DNA from: an uncultured Spirochaetota bacterium
GTDB taxonomy: Bacteria > Spirochaetota > Spirochaetia > SZUA-6 > Fen-1364
Direction of reading: 5' to 3'
Length of the DNA: 64,000 nt
NCBI GenBank assembly: GCA_963820525.1
Contig: CAWGAA010000001.1
Coordinates: forward strand, 1,248,001-1,312,000
The notes beneath the pieces were generated by a model that was not told the DNA's origin, did not search any database, and worked only from the letters and a program-made list of their open reading frames with translations. The position numbers and the translations under genes were made by a program. Below are positions 40,378 through 50,413 of this stretch, piece after piece (within the stretch, counting starts at the first letter, position 1; each line of letters begins with the position of its first letter).

Positions 40378-40414
40378 GTTCACTCGATAGGATTCCGGGT
40401 AGAGATAGTCTCAT

Positions 40415-40852
40415 TCAGTCGGCCAACGCCGGGGCGGGCACGTACTTCCTGATGTAGCGTTCAACGTATTCGATTGGCAGTCGAGCGTCGTGTATACCTC
40501 TGTTGATTCTCGTGATGTACTCTGCCTTAGGAATTCCTTCCTGGTCCACGGGGTCAATATAGACAAGGCATTCGTGGCTCTCGTTGCCCATCACTACTCG
40601 CAGATTCTCCTTGCGGTAAAGGCCACGATGCACGCCTTCATATTTGTCCAAGGATTTCTCATCTGATTGAGAAATATCAAACACCAATCCTAACACGTAG
40701 TCGTCTACAGAACTGACGATATTGGCGTACCCTCGGGAGGAGATAAACCAGCGACAGTCCTGGATTCTTCCAAGTCCGAGGGCCCTAGATTCCGGACATC
40801 GGAGAGCCATTTGCTCCAACCAAAGATTTGATCCATAGCCGAAGTATTTCAT
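40415..40852 (-). CDS. Gamma-glutamylcyclotransferase (AIG2-like)
   Basis: YFGYGSNL, GYANIV, LDKYEGV. Confidence 0.88.
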   Translation of the reverse strand: MKYFGYGSNLWLEQMALRCPESRALGLGRIQDCRWFISSRGYANIVSSVDDYVLGLVFDISQSDEKSLDKYEGVHRGLYRKENLRVVMGNESHECLVYIDPVDQEGIPKAEYITRINRGIHDARLPIEYVERYIRKYVPAPALAD

Positions 40853-40938
40853 AGCTCTTCAATCTACGCCCCAAGACCCACTAAACGCAACCTGTAAGAG
40901 ATACGAAAGCGAACAGTCGGAAGGGGCATGATATAATA

Positions 40939-42801
40939 GTGGTCGGGACAATAGTCAGAATGGAAAACGGAACTCTCCCGGCAGGTTCGACAAAGTGGCT
41001 CTCGAAGTCCGACTTCTTGGTGGCACGAAGCTGCCCAGGAAAGCTCTACTTCAAGAAACACGCGTTCCCAAGCGTAGTTGAGCAAGACGACTACATGGAG
41101 ATGCTCGCTGACGGCGGCTTCATGATCGAGAAGATGGCCCAACTCTGCTACCCCGAAGGAATCGAGATCGGCGGGACCAATGAGGAAGCCCTCAAGGAGA
41201 CCGAACAACTCCTACAGCGAGACTCCGTGACTATGTTTCAGCCTGCCTTTTTCTCCAAGGGCAAGTTTGTCCGCATCGACATCCTTAGAAAGAATGGAAC
41301 AAAACTCGAACTGATTGAGGTCAAATCAAAATCCTTTGACTCTGCCAAGTTTGACGAATATGGCAGGGATGCGGCGAGGTACTTCGAGAAGAGTGAATGG
41401 ACCGCCTACATCGAGGACGTGGCGTTCCAGAAGCATGTCCTAAAAGAAGGGTTTCCGGAGGCTCAAATCGAGGCATATCTCCTTCTACCTGACAAGGCCA
41501 AGAAGACAGCGGTAGAGGGAATGATCGGCTGGTTCAAGCTGTTCAAGGATGCTGGCGCTTCGGGATCTTGGAGACCAAAGGTCGAGTTTACCGGCGATTC
41601 TGACCTGGTGCGTAAGAACAGCTTTCTCACCCTTGTTGATGTAGATGAGATCGTTGACCGAACGATCTCACTGATTCTTGATGACATCGATCTCTACGCC
41701 TCAGCCATCTCAAGTGACGAGCGACTGAAGGCTGCCGTATCGATCAAGTGCCGAGACTGCGAGTACAAGGACGTCGATGAAGAACATCCGAAGAGCGGTT
41801 TCGCGCTGTGCTGGGGAAATCGCGCCGAGGTGTCTCCCCATATCTTGGCGCTCGGTCAGCTTGGCAACATCAACAAGAGCAAGGATTGCATCAACAAGCT
41901 CATCGCGGAGGGCAAATCGAGCGTCTACGACGTTCCGCAGAGCCTGGTGAGAGACAAGTACAACAACAGACCCTTCTACCAGGTTGCCAAGAAGGATGAG
42001 TTCTTGCTGCCCGAGTTTGGCGAGATCCTCAAGAGCATCGAGTACCCACTGCATTTCGTTGATTTCGAGACCTCTCAGATGGCGATGCCGTACCACGCAG
42101 GGATGCGACCATACCAGCGCGTGCTCTTCCAGTGGAGTTGCCACACCATCGATGAACCAGGCAAGACGCCGACGCACGCCGAGTGGATCAACACAAGGGA
42201 CGTCTGCCCCAACGTGGAGTTTGGAGACAGCCTTGTTCGTTGTCTTGGAGATCGAGGATCGATCCTAACGTGGAGTCCTTACGAGAACACTCAACTCCGT
42301 TACCTACTCGACTTCATCGAGGAGAACGGAATAGACAATCCAGGACTGCTTGGTTGGCTGCAGGCGACAGTTGCGACCAAAGAAAACGACCCCGGACGAA
42401 TCGTCGATTTGAACAAGGTGGCCATCAAGTGCTACTTCCATCCCCTGATGGGCGCCAGGACTTCAATCAAGGTCACCTTGCCCGCCGTCCTGAGTTCAGC
42501 GAAATCTGAAAGGATCAAAGACCTCCTGAGACCCGAGAGTCTCCTGCAACTCGACGAGAGCGGCGGGCTACAAGATCCCTATTCACTCTTGCCACCGTTT
42601 GAGATTTATGGGCAATCAGAGAACGTGCAAAATGGCACCGGCGCAATGAGAGCGTACCAAGAGATGCTCTACGGGGATGTCAGTTCGGATCAGGCCGCAA
42701 GGCTTGAGTATGAAAATGCACTCCTTCGGTACTGCAGGGTTGATACGCTCGCAATGGTTCTCATTTGGGAGCACTGGCTGCATTTGCACAACGCCGCCTG
42801 A
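40939..42801 (+). CDS. DUF2779-domain protein (PD-(D/E)xK/Cas4-like N-terminus plus RNase H-like exonuclease domain)
   Basis: LSKSDF..ARSCP.KLY, RIDIL...LIEVKSK, CRDCEY, HFVDFET, FQWSCH, SIKVTLP, LLRYCRVDTLAMV. Confidence 0.85.
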   Translation: MVGTIVRMENGTLPAGSTKWLSKSDFLVARSCPGKLYFKKHAFPSVVEQDDYMEMLADGGFMIEKMAQLCYPEGIEIGGTNEEALKETEQLLQRDSVTMFQPAFFSKGKFVRIDILRKNGTKLELIEVKSKSFDSAKFDEYGRDAARYFEKSEWTAYIEDVAFQKHVLKEGFPEAQIEAYLLLPDKAKKTAVEGMIGWFKLFKDAGASGSWRPKVEFTGDSDLVRKNSFLTLVDVDEIVDRTISLILDDIDLYASAISSDERLKAAVSIKCRDCEYKDVDEEHPKSGFALCWGNRAEVSPHILALGQLGNINKSKDCINKLIAEGKSSVYDVPQSLVRDKYNNRPFYQVAKKDEFLLPEFGEILKSIEYPLHFVDFETSQMAMPYHAGMRPYQRVLFQWSCHTIDEPGKTPTHAEWINTRDVCPNVEFGDSLVRCLGDRGSILTWSPYENTQLRYLLDFIEENGIDNPGLLGWLQATVATKENDPGRIVDLNKVAIKCYFHPLMGARTSIKVTLPAVLSSAKSERIKDLLRPESLLQLDESGGLQDPYSLLPPFEIYGQSENVQNGTGAMRAYQEMLYGDVSSDQAARLEYENALLRYCRVDTLAMVLIWEHWLHLHNAA

Positions 42802-43328
42802 ATAGAGCGCTTTTGGGGCGACTGCACCGACGCCTCTTGCGCCTGGCATGCCCTTTCTCCGCAAAAGTGAGGACGTTTATGTCGTTGGGAAGATGGTCGT
42901 GGGTCATTAGAATAGGATTCTTTAACTTCATAAAAAGAGTTCGTGTTCTGCTGATAAAGTACATCAAGTACCAAACGGTTTATCTAAAGAAACCTGACTA
43001 TGAACGGGCAAAGGGAACCCCACAGTTTCTTGCTGCTCTTCAGCTAGGAAGGATCGTCAATTCAATTAGTTCGTGTCAGAGGACGTATCTCAAAGTCATT
43101 GATAAGGGCAAACTAACCCAAACCAAAGATCAGATGGAACAACTATTTACCCTTGCTTCCTACGTGTATGAAGGCGTAAAGGAGTTCTTTCGAAGAGAGA
43201 AGGATCTGGCGCACCTACGAGCTTGGAGAGGTCACAGAGCCGAAATTAGGTTTCTCAAGAAGGAAAGTAACCGTCAAATAAACCCCACCCCTGAATTCGG
43301 ACGCCGAGGGGGTGCGCTCCTGCTTTAT

Positions 43329-44975
43329 TCAGAACAAATGACCGGAATCAAAGTTCAGCAGAGACTCGCGTGGAACATTCCAGGGAAGCAGCTCACGATA
43401 ATCCTCAGGGTTGTCGCTCTCAGGAAGCCGCGAGAGAATGTAGCGAAGATATAGGTAGGGCTCCACGCCGTTCAGTTTGGCCGTCTCGATGATACTGTAC
43501 CACCCCGCACTGGCTTCGGCGCCCGCGGGGCTCCCAGATAGCATCCAATTTTTTCTTCCCACCACAAACGGCCGTATCGCCTGCTCGACCGCGTTATTAC
43601 TCGGACCCAAATCGGGACTGTCCAGGTACCGAATCATCTTGGGCCACTGCTCGATGGTGTAGGCGATCGCTTTGCCCAGAAGCAGAGACGGGGGAACCTG
43701 CCCCTGACGCTTGTGAAGCCACGCCTTGAGCTTTTCCAACACGGGTTCGGCCTGCTCTCGCCGTTGGCGGACGAACTCCTGCGGTGAAAGCTCTTGAGCT
43801 CTTAAGGTCCGCTCGATCCTGAACAGAGCATCGATTCGTGCCAGGGCCTCATCGACACTTCCCGCCTGCTTGGATGCCTCCTTGGCCTCGAAGAACTTTC
43901 TACGCGAGTGCGCCCAACAGGTCGCGTGAATGACTCCGGGTTGGCTTCCCACTTCGTTATATCCGTCATAGCCATCAGTCTGGATGAAGCCGTTGTAACC
44001 CCGCAGAGCCTCAAGGGGAACCTTACCGGATCGTGTGGGATGATACTGAAACTCAACCACGGGTCTTTTCGGACTGCCTCCCAGGAACACCCACATATAC
44101 GACTTTGAAGTATTGGGGCGATCCGGCTCCCCCATCACCTGAAGGGTCGTCTCGTCGATTCCTACATGCGGGCCTCTTCGAATCTCTGCTCGAAGTAGCT
44201 CGATAACCGGCGCAAGCCTATGGAATACCGCGATGCTCCAGTTGGCCATGTCCTGGCGGCTGATATCTACTCCGATGCGCTGAAACTGCTTCTCTTGGCG
44301 GTAGAACGGCAGGGCGTCGCAGAACTTCGCCGTCATTATGTAGGCCACCAGTGCCGGTGAGGCGATGCTCTTGGGAAGAAGCTGCCTCACCGCCGGGGCG
44401 ATCCGCACCGCGGGACGGTCCTCATCCCCGGAGCCTTCGCAGGCCTTGCAGGCGTACTGGGGTCTCAGGTGCCGCCGTACCCGTATCTGGGGCGGGATGA
44501 CCTCAAGTTTCTCGAGGCTTTCCTCTCCGATACGTGTAAGCTCCTGTCCGCAGGCACATTTCTTGTCTTCTTCACTTATGTCGTGGACCATCTCCACACG
44601 GGGAAGCTCAGGCGGCAGCGGCTTTCTGCCCCGCTTCACCCGCGTGTGCGCCCTTACCTCAATGCGCTCCTCGGCGGCAGGCTCCTGTTGTTGGCTGAAT
44701 ACGATATCCTCCGCCTCGTTGAAAAGAAGAAGCTGCTTTTGCTCCTCCTCGGATAGCTTCTCGGCGCTGCGGCCAAAGAGCTTGCGCCGCAGAAGCTGCA
44801 GCTCTTCGAAATGCTCTATGGCCTTGTTTTGGTGCTCGATTCGTTCGCTGCGCTCCTTCTCCAACTCGGCCTGCAGTCGAGCGAGCTCTTCATCGTGCTC
44901 CCTGACAATCCGTCGAACCAGCTCGTGCAGCTGTTCGACGTTGTTCGGTAGTTCTCCCAGTTTTTCGTTCACCAC
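43329..44975 (-). CDS. tnpC: IS66 transposase TnpC
   Basis: LFGRSAEK, Zn finger, IDETT, QTDGY, CWAHSRRKF, NNAVEQAIR. Confidence 0.95.
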   Translation of the reverse strand: MVNEKLGELPNNVEQLHELVRRIVREHDEELARLQAELEKERSERIEHQNKAIEHFEELQLLRRKLFGRSAEKLSEEEQKQLLLFNEAEDIVFSQQQEPAAEERIEVRAHTRVKRGRKPLPPELPRVEMVHDISEEDKKCACGQELTRIGEESLEKLEVIPPQIRVRRHLRPQYACKACEGSGDEDRPAVRIAPAVRQLLPKSIASPALVAYIMTAKFCDALPFYRQEKQFQRIGVDISRQDMANWSIAVFHRLAPVIELLRAEIRRGPHVGIDETTLQVMGEPDRPNTSKSYMWVFLGGSPKRPVVEFQYHPTRSGKVPLEALRGYNGFIQTDGYDGYNEVGSQPGVIHATCWAHSRRKFFEAKEASKQAGSVDEALARIDALFRIERTLRAQELSPQEFVRQRREQAEPVLEKLKAWLHKRQGQVPPSLLLGKAIAYTIEQWPKMIRYLDSPDLGPSNNAVEQAIRPFVVGRKNWMLSGSPAGAEASAGWYSIIETAKLNGVEPYLYLRYILSRLPESDNPEDYRELLPWNVPRESLLNFDSGHLF

Positions 44976-45003
44976 ATGAGAATACCATGATGGGGCCTTA
45001 AAA

Positions 45004-45363
45004 TCTAGATGTTTTTATACGACCGCGGTATACGCGAGGCTCTGGTGCGCGTTCCAGAAGTCGATTCCCGAAAGCAGCATCCGAAGCTGCTCCAAGCTGA
45101 TCTCCCGCGCTGCCTCTTCCGTTCTTGGCCAGGGGAAGCGATCCCGCTCCAGCCTTTTCTGCCACATGCAGAACCCGTTTCGATCCCAGTACAGGCACCT
45201 TCAGGAGACGTTTCTCATGATTGCTGAAAAGGTAGAGGTGTCCGGAAAGCGGATCTTTGCCCATCGCCGTCTGTACCAGGATGGCCAGTCCGTTTATCTG
45301 TTTTCTCAAATCCGTCGCGCCCGGACGAACAAATATCTTGACGTTGCTCCATTCAATGAACAT
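45004..45363 (-). CDS. tnpB: IS66 accessory protein TnpB (apparent frameshift near 45195)
   Basis: TDLRKQINGL...LYLFSN; the YWDRNGF..KRLE motif lies in the shifted frame. Confidence 0.8.
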
Positions 45364-45694
45364 CAGCCGTCTCCCGCATCACGCGCAGCACTCTGCGCAG
45401 AAGCTCCTCGCCGATGTTTCCATACAGTTCAATATCTCCATCTCTGCTTACTCTCACGCGCGCCTGCTCCGCAGCATCCAGGGCTTGGGATGTGTCGCGG
45501 ATTCCTACAAATGACAATCCGTCGGCGGAGCCGCGCAATCGCTTCACCCATCGCCTCAGGGATTCGTAGGGTATCCCTTGTTCCTGGCACCATGCCTTTC
45601 TCGTCTTCCCGCTTGATCGCCACGCGGTGATGAGCTCGCTCCATTTCTCTGCGTTTCTGCGTGGTTGTTTTCGATTCTCCTGTCTTGACTCCAT
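45353..45694 (-). CDS. tnpA: IS66 accessory protein TnpA
   Basis: W..LITAWRSSGKTRKAWCQEQGI...LRRW HTH. Confidence 0.85.
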   Translation of the reverse strand: MESRQENRKQPRRNAEKWSELITAWRSSGKTRKAWCQEQGIPYESLRRWVKRLRGSADGLSFVGIRDTSQALDAAEQARVRVSRDGDIELYGNIGEELLRRVLRVMRETADVH

Positions 45695-46178
45695 CTACGG
45701 CCTCCTGATTCCCTGAATTGAGTGGGCTCAGGATCGCGGCTTTTTATGCCGGCCGCAAGGTGGGGTTTATTTGACGGTTACGAAGGAAAAGGATCAGGGT
45801 AGGGCCTATTGGGTGATGTTGAATAACATCAGAAACCAAGTAATGTTCCACTTCCTGCCACAGGCAATAGAAACAACCATAGAGGCCATGGTTGTCGGTG
45901 AAGAGATCAAATTTGCCGTTGGACGAACGGCGAAGAGAGAGGACACCGTTTATATGTTTGGAGATGATATTCTGCTTAAATATGTATTTGACCGACAGGG
46001 TATAGATGGGGTGACGATAGACGAGAAGATCAATGGACTAATGAACTATGTCCTTCTACTGTCAAATACACTCAGAGGGATAATTAACTCACTACTTCTT
46101 GAAATGCTCAAGTCCTTCAGGGCAAATCTCAAACGAGCAGCACTTGAATAGGAAATAGTAGGACTCAAGAGAGAGGAC

Positions 46179-47105
46179 GTGAAGGTGGAGACTGCATATC
46201 CGTATCAGAAAGTAGGTTCACTGGAGGACTTCATCAAGTACGTCTCGCTCTATGCGGAGATGTGGGGAGGTTCCCGTGGCCTAATAAGACCTTGGTTCCG
46301 AGGCCAGCCAAACCAAGGGGACGATCCAATTCCAAAGATATTCCGACCTTACACCAAGGGCGGCTTGCTAAGGTACTCCCTAAATGACGAGTTCTGGATG
46401 GTTACTTCGTTTAGAAATAAAGCCCCGTCGATAGAAGTAACCCCGGAAACGGATAGGCTCGACAAATGGCTCTTTCTCATGCAGCATCATGGCCTACCGA
46501 CGCGACTACTGGATTGGACCGAGAGTTCACTAATAGCCCTGTATTTTGCGGTTCGAGGGCCCTCTGATGCCGACGCAGGACTGTGGATGCTGCATCCGAT
46601 AAAGTTGAATGTGATGACCACTTGGGGACAAAGCGTGGCAGAGCGGGAAGAGATTTTTGTCGTGGATAACTACCCAAACACATGGGCTACCGGAAAGGTC
46701 GGTTCAGCGAACTTTGAGTACTGTTTCAATGGGATAAGCGTCGAGCAGATCATATATGGCAAGAAGCAAAAGGGAAATACCTGGTATAGGTTCAATGCAG
46801 AGGGAAAGGATCAGGTGTTTATAACGACCTTCCCGCTGGCCATACAACCAAGCTACATTCATCGAAGAATGATAGCGCAGAGAAGTGTGTTTACGATCCA
46901 TGGCGCCCTTGAAAAAGGCTTTGAGGCGATATTCAGCGAGGGCGGTCCTAAGACGATGGACTTCTTGCGGAAAATAGTAATTCCCAATGCGGCAAGAAGA
47001 GCTATCTTGAGTCAACTAAGAACCAGCGGATTTGTGCCAACTGCTCTATTTCCGGATTTGGACAGGCTGTCGGAGGAAGTCGCTGGCGACTTTCGAGCGG
47101 AGTAG
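46179..47105 (+). CDS. FRG-domain protein
   Basis: WFRGQ, MQHHGLPTRLLDWT...ALYFA, RMIAQRSVFTIHG, LFPDLD. Confidence 0.93.
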   Translation: MKVETAYPYQKVGSLEDFIKYVSLYAEMWGGSRGLIRPWFRGQPNQGDDPIPKIFRPYTKGGLLRYSLNDEFWMVTSFRNKAPSIEVTPETDRLDKWLFLMQHHGLPTRLLDWTESSLIALYFAVRGPSDADAGLWMLHPIKLNVMTTWGQSVAEREEIFVVDNYPNTWATGKVGSANFEYCFNGISVEQIIYGKKQKGNTWYRFNAEGKDQVFITTFPLAIQPSYIHRRMIAQRSVFTIHGALEKGFEAIFSEGGPKTMDFLRKIVIPNAARRAILSQLRTSGFVPTALFPDLDRLSEEVAGDFRAE

Positions 47106-47356
47106 GAACTTCGCATGAACGACCTTACCCGGACTGCTGCACCCGAACGAAGTTGCTAGCCGCTATCGTTTTCATTCTCGCAGATTGCTTCAGGTGGTGG
47201 CGCGGTTAAGAGTCACTGGCATTCCCTTATCTGGTTGCGAAGCCGCGCAGATAGACAACTTCTCCCAACCAAGGTAATGGTGAAGGGAAGGTTAGGCGAT
47301 GACCAGTCATCGAACAGTGGGAGAGAGCTTCTCGGAGGTTGGGTGAAGCACTGAGC

Positions 47357-47731
47357 ATGAGCATAGAAACGCTGCGAGTAGAAATTGAGGCCATTCTGAA
47401 GGCGGAGGGAATCACCGTCCTCTATGATGTCGTACAATCTAAGCCGGGTGAGTTCGCCGAGGGGGAGTACCGACCGGGCACAAAGACAGTGGTCATCGAT
47501 CAGGACCTCGCAGGCTATCCGGACGAGCCTCTCACAATTGCACACGAGATCGGCCATCATTTCGACCTTCTTCAGGACGGAATCCATCGACACCCGCAGA
47601 CGAACGAGAGCGGCGAGCGGATGCGTTCATGGTTCGCCTCGCCGAAAAGCACAAACTCGGAGAGCACGCCAAGAGGATTGCCAACTATCACCGTCCGGGG
47701 TCCTATCCCGACAGATAGACGACGGGAGTGA
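47357..47731 (+). CDS. ImmA/IrrE-like metallopeptidase domain protein (possibly frameshifted or truncated)
   Basis: GEYRPGTKTVVID...TIAHEIGHH (HExxH). Confidence 0.55.
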   Translation: MSIETLRVEIEAILKAEGITVLYDVVQSKPGEFAEGEYRPGTKTVVIDQDLAGYPDEPLTIAHEIGHHFDLLQDGIHRHPQTNESGERMRSWFASPKSTNSESTPRGLPTITVRGPIPTDRRRE

Positions 47732-47834
47732 CAAGGACAGGTGGCGACCCGCCAGTTCAGATGCGCCAAATGTGCCGACATTGGGAGAGGAGTGCCTGCA
47801 TAGGAACGAGAATCCAGCATGGTCGAGGCAATCA

Positions 47835-48929
47835 ATGAAAAATGACTTTCATGATGTTCCTTTCAGCGAATCTACCAAGGTGAAGCTTGCTCTCTTCAAA
47901 GGGTACTTCACAGAGTGGCTACCGACTTTTCTCCATCGAAGACCTCAGCCCTCCAAGATCAACGTCGTAGATTTCTTTTCAGGCCCTGGCGAAGACGTTG
48001 AACACGCTCCGGGAAGTCCCCAACTAATACTGGAGCAGATGAGAATATTTAAGAATCAGATGGGAGCATGGAAAGGCAAGCTGCATGTGCTCTTCAACGA
48101 CTCGCATCGAAGTAAAGTCGAGAAGCTGAGAGAACTGTTGGACCGGCGTTTTTCGGATGTCCTGAGCTATGTTGACGTCGAAATCCGCAACGAGGAATTC
48201 GAAGACCTCTTTGACGAACTGCGACCAAAATTCGCCGAAACAGATGCGGCAAACCTTCTCTTCGTCGACCAGTCTGGACTCAGCGAAATGCCAATAAAGA
48301 CTTTCCTGAGTATCGTGGCTCTTGATAGGACCGACCTCCTGTTCTTCATTTCCTCTTCAACAGTTGTCCGATTCCACGACCTCGAAGAGATCAAGAGGCT
48401 TCTGCCGATTCCTGAAGGGCTGATACATACAACAGAGTACTGCCGGATCCACAAGCTCGTGAGAGCGTACTATCAATCACAAGTACCTGCTGGCAGAGAA
48501 TACTACATGTCCGATTTCTCCCTCAAGAAAGATGCCAACATCTATGGGGTGATATTCGGCTCGAACCACCTGCGTGGGTTGGACAAGTTTGTCAGAACAT
48601 GTTGGAAATTAGATGAAAAAACAGGCCAGGCAAACTACGATATCGACCGGGAGAACATTGACGATTCTGTCCCGTACTTGATCCAACCGGTCCCGAAAAA
48701 GGTATCGCTCTACCAAGATGCTCTCGCTTTGCTGATCAAAAATGGGACTCTACACTCAAACAGAGACGTCATAGTGCATTATCTAACGAACGGGATGTTG
48801 TGCTCGCACGCAAAACCTGTTCTCGCCAAACTCAGAGCAGAAGGTGTCATTGAAAAAGCTGTTCCGATTTCATACACTTTGGCAGCAGGCAAAAGCGATC
48901 GGCAAGCAATAGTACTCAAGAAGGGATAG
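47835..48929 (+). CDS. tcmP: Three-Cys-motif partner protein (methyltransferase-like)
   Basis: TKVKL..F.GY..EW, VVDFFSGPG, GSP, LLFVDQSG. Immediately upstream of DUF5131. Confidence 0.85.
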   Translation: MKNDFHDVPFSESTKVKLALFKGYFTEWLPTFLHRRPQPSKINVVDFFSGPGEDVEHAPGSPQLILEQMRIFKNQMGAWKGKLHVLFNDSHRSKVEKLRELLDRRFSDVLSYVDVEIRNEEFEDLFDELRPKFAETDAANLLFVDQSGLSEMPIKTFLSIVALDRTDLLFFISSSTVVRFHDLEEIKRLLPIPEGLIHTTEYCRIHKLVRAYYQSQVPAGREYYMSDFSLKKDANIYGVIFGSNHLRGLDKFVRTCWKLDEKTGQANYDIDRENIDDSVPYLIQPVPKKVSLYQDALALLIKNGTLHSNRDVIVHYLTNGMLCSHAKPVLAKLRAEGVIEKAVPISYTLAAGKSDRQAIVLKKG

Positions 48930-48932
48930 GAC

Positions 48933-49670
48933 ATGAATCGGACGAAGATCGAGTGGACCGAGTCGACCTGGAATCCGATTACCGGTTGTGATCGCATCTC
49001 CAACGGTTGCGACCACTGCTATGCTGAGAGAATGGCGGCCAGGTTGAAGGCAATGGGCAGCAACCGGTACCGCAATGGATTTGACTTGACGATTCACGAA
49101 GATCTCTTCGATGCCCCACTGCACTGGAAACAACCTCGGGTGATCTTCGTCAACTCTATGTCCGACCTTTTCCACGAGTCCATTCCACCAGCGGCTGTCA
49201 TGAAGATCTTCGCCACCATGAACAAGGCGTTATGGCACACTTTTCAGATTCTCACAAAACGTCCGATGCACACGCTGAGCCTGCTCGACAGCCTGGTCTG
49301 GACGCCGAACATCTGGATGGGCGTGAGTGTGGAGTCCTATCGATACACGCACAGGATCGAGGCGTTACGCAGGATCCCCGCCGAAGTTCGTTTCGTTTCT
49401 TTCGAACCCTTGCTATCAGCAATACCCGCAAATACATCGCTTGAACGCATTCAATGGGCGATCATTGGTGGTGAGTCTGGACCTGGCGCAAGGCCAATGC
49501 AGCCCGAGTGGGCGACAGAGTTGCGGAAGCTTTGCAGGCAGTACGGAACGGCGTTCTTCTTCAAGCAGTGGGGTGGCGTCAACAAGAAGGCAGCGGGTCG
49601 CATCCTCGAAGGCAGAACCTGGGACGAGATGCCGACGAATCTTGACAGGGTACAACAGCTCGCGCTGTAG
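48933..49670 (+). CDS. DUF5131 / phage Gp37-Gp68 family protein
   Basis: TKIEWTESTWNPITGCDRISNGCDHCYA, FVNSMSDLFH, QILTKR, FFFKQWGG. Confidence 0.93.
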   Translation: MNRTKIEWTESTWNPITGCDRISNGCDHCYAERMAARLKAMGSNRYRNGFDLTIHEDLFDAPLHWKQPRVIFVNSMSDLFHESIPPAAVMKIFATMNKALWHTFQILTKRPMHTLSLLDSLVWTPNIWMGVSVESYRYTHRIEALRRIPAEVRFVSFEPLLSAIPANTSLERIQWAIIGGESGPGARPMQPEWATELRKLCRQYGTAFFFKQWGGVNKKAAGRILEGRTWDEMPTNLDRVQQLAL

Positions 49671-49765
49671 GGCTGCTCTTGAGCGCCGAATTCTTTCGTT
49701 CCGTGTTTCGCCGCTCTCGGCTACTGCCCTTTCCAAGTCTACTTCGCGGAGGCCAAAAGTCAAAA

Positions 49766-50344
49766 TCAATCGCGAACGACTTCGCTAAGCCAAGCCTTCA
49801 CTGGATCGCCTTCCTGGTTCGTTTCTAAAATCGCAGCCCGAATGTCTTGGACTTGCCATCCTCTGTTGAACGCCTGGCGTATCTCGGCCTTGCTGACCCT
49901 TCGTGGACCGAGGTCCCCAGGCTGTAGGTCGCTGAAACACAAAAGCACTAGCTTGTTGCCTGACTTCGTCACCGAGGTGAGACTCGATACATAACGTTCC
50001 CTGTCAGGATCGGAAAACACATGGAAAAGCCCGCAATCGATCACGGTATCGAATGTGCGTTCGAGACCTCCGAGGTCCAAGGCGTCGACTGCCAAGAACT
50101 TGACCGCGATGCCTCTGTCCTTCGCCTTGGCTTCTGCCTTGCGAATAGCGTTTGGCGAGGCATCGATGCCCCACACCTTGTAACCCCGGCTAGCGAGGTA
50201 CAGAGCATTCTCCCCCGTGCCACAGCCGCAGTCCAGGACAGAGCCGCTAAAGGCGCCCATCTGTTCCAACCGAACGATCTCTTCTTGAGGCTTGCCAATG
50301 TCCCAGGGAGGAATGCTGAGATAAGCGGAATCGAATCCCTTCAT
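49766..50344 (-). CDS. Class I SAM-dependent methyltransferase
   Basis: PPWDIGKPQ, VLDCGCGTGENA, FDTVIDCGLFH. Confidence 0.9.
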   Translation of the reverse strand: MKGFDSAYLSIPPWDIGKPQEEIVRLEQMGAFSGSVLDCGCGTGENALYLASRGYKVWGIDASPNAIRKAEAKAKDRGIAVKFLAVDALDLGGLERTFDTVIDCGLFHVFSDPDRERYVSSLTSVTKSGNKLVLLCFSDLQPGDLGPRRVSKAEIRQAFNRGWQVQDIRAAILETNQEGDPVKAWLSEVVRD

Positions 50345-50413
50345 AGCGTCAATGTCTACATGAGGGGATGCCGGGGGCAACCATCGCATTCAGTTTGGAG
50401 GTCATTTTGCTCG

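Larger units (their letters stand above)
43267..45781 (-). mobile_element. IS66-family element
   Basis: Perfect 23-bp IRs GTAACCGTCAAATAAACCCCACC. 8-bp TSD GAAGGAAA at 43259-43266 and 45782-45789. Confidence 0.96.
42879..46151 (+). pseudogene. Putative HEPN-like protein split by IS66
   Basis: Removing IS66 joins ...IRFLKKE to KDQGRAYWVMLNNIRNQVMFH..., giving an R-x5-H motif in an all-helical ~250-aa protein. Confidence 0.6.

Noticed and set aside
40939..42801. CRISPR-Cas locus suggested by Cas4-like motifs
   Set aside because: No repeat-spacer array or other cas genes were seen anywhere in the window.
47106..47215. attC-like or integron cassette structure after the FRG gene
   Set aside because: Only vague resemblance; no clear RYYYAAC/GTTRRRY box pairing, no repeated sites and no integron integrase in the window.
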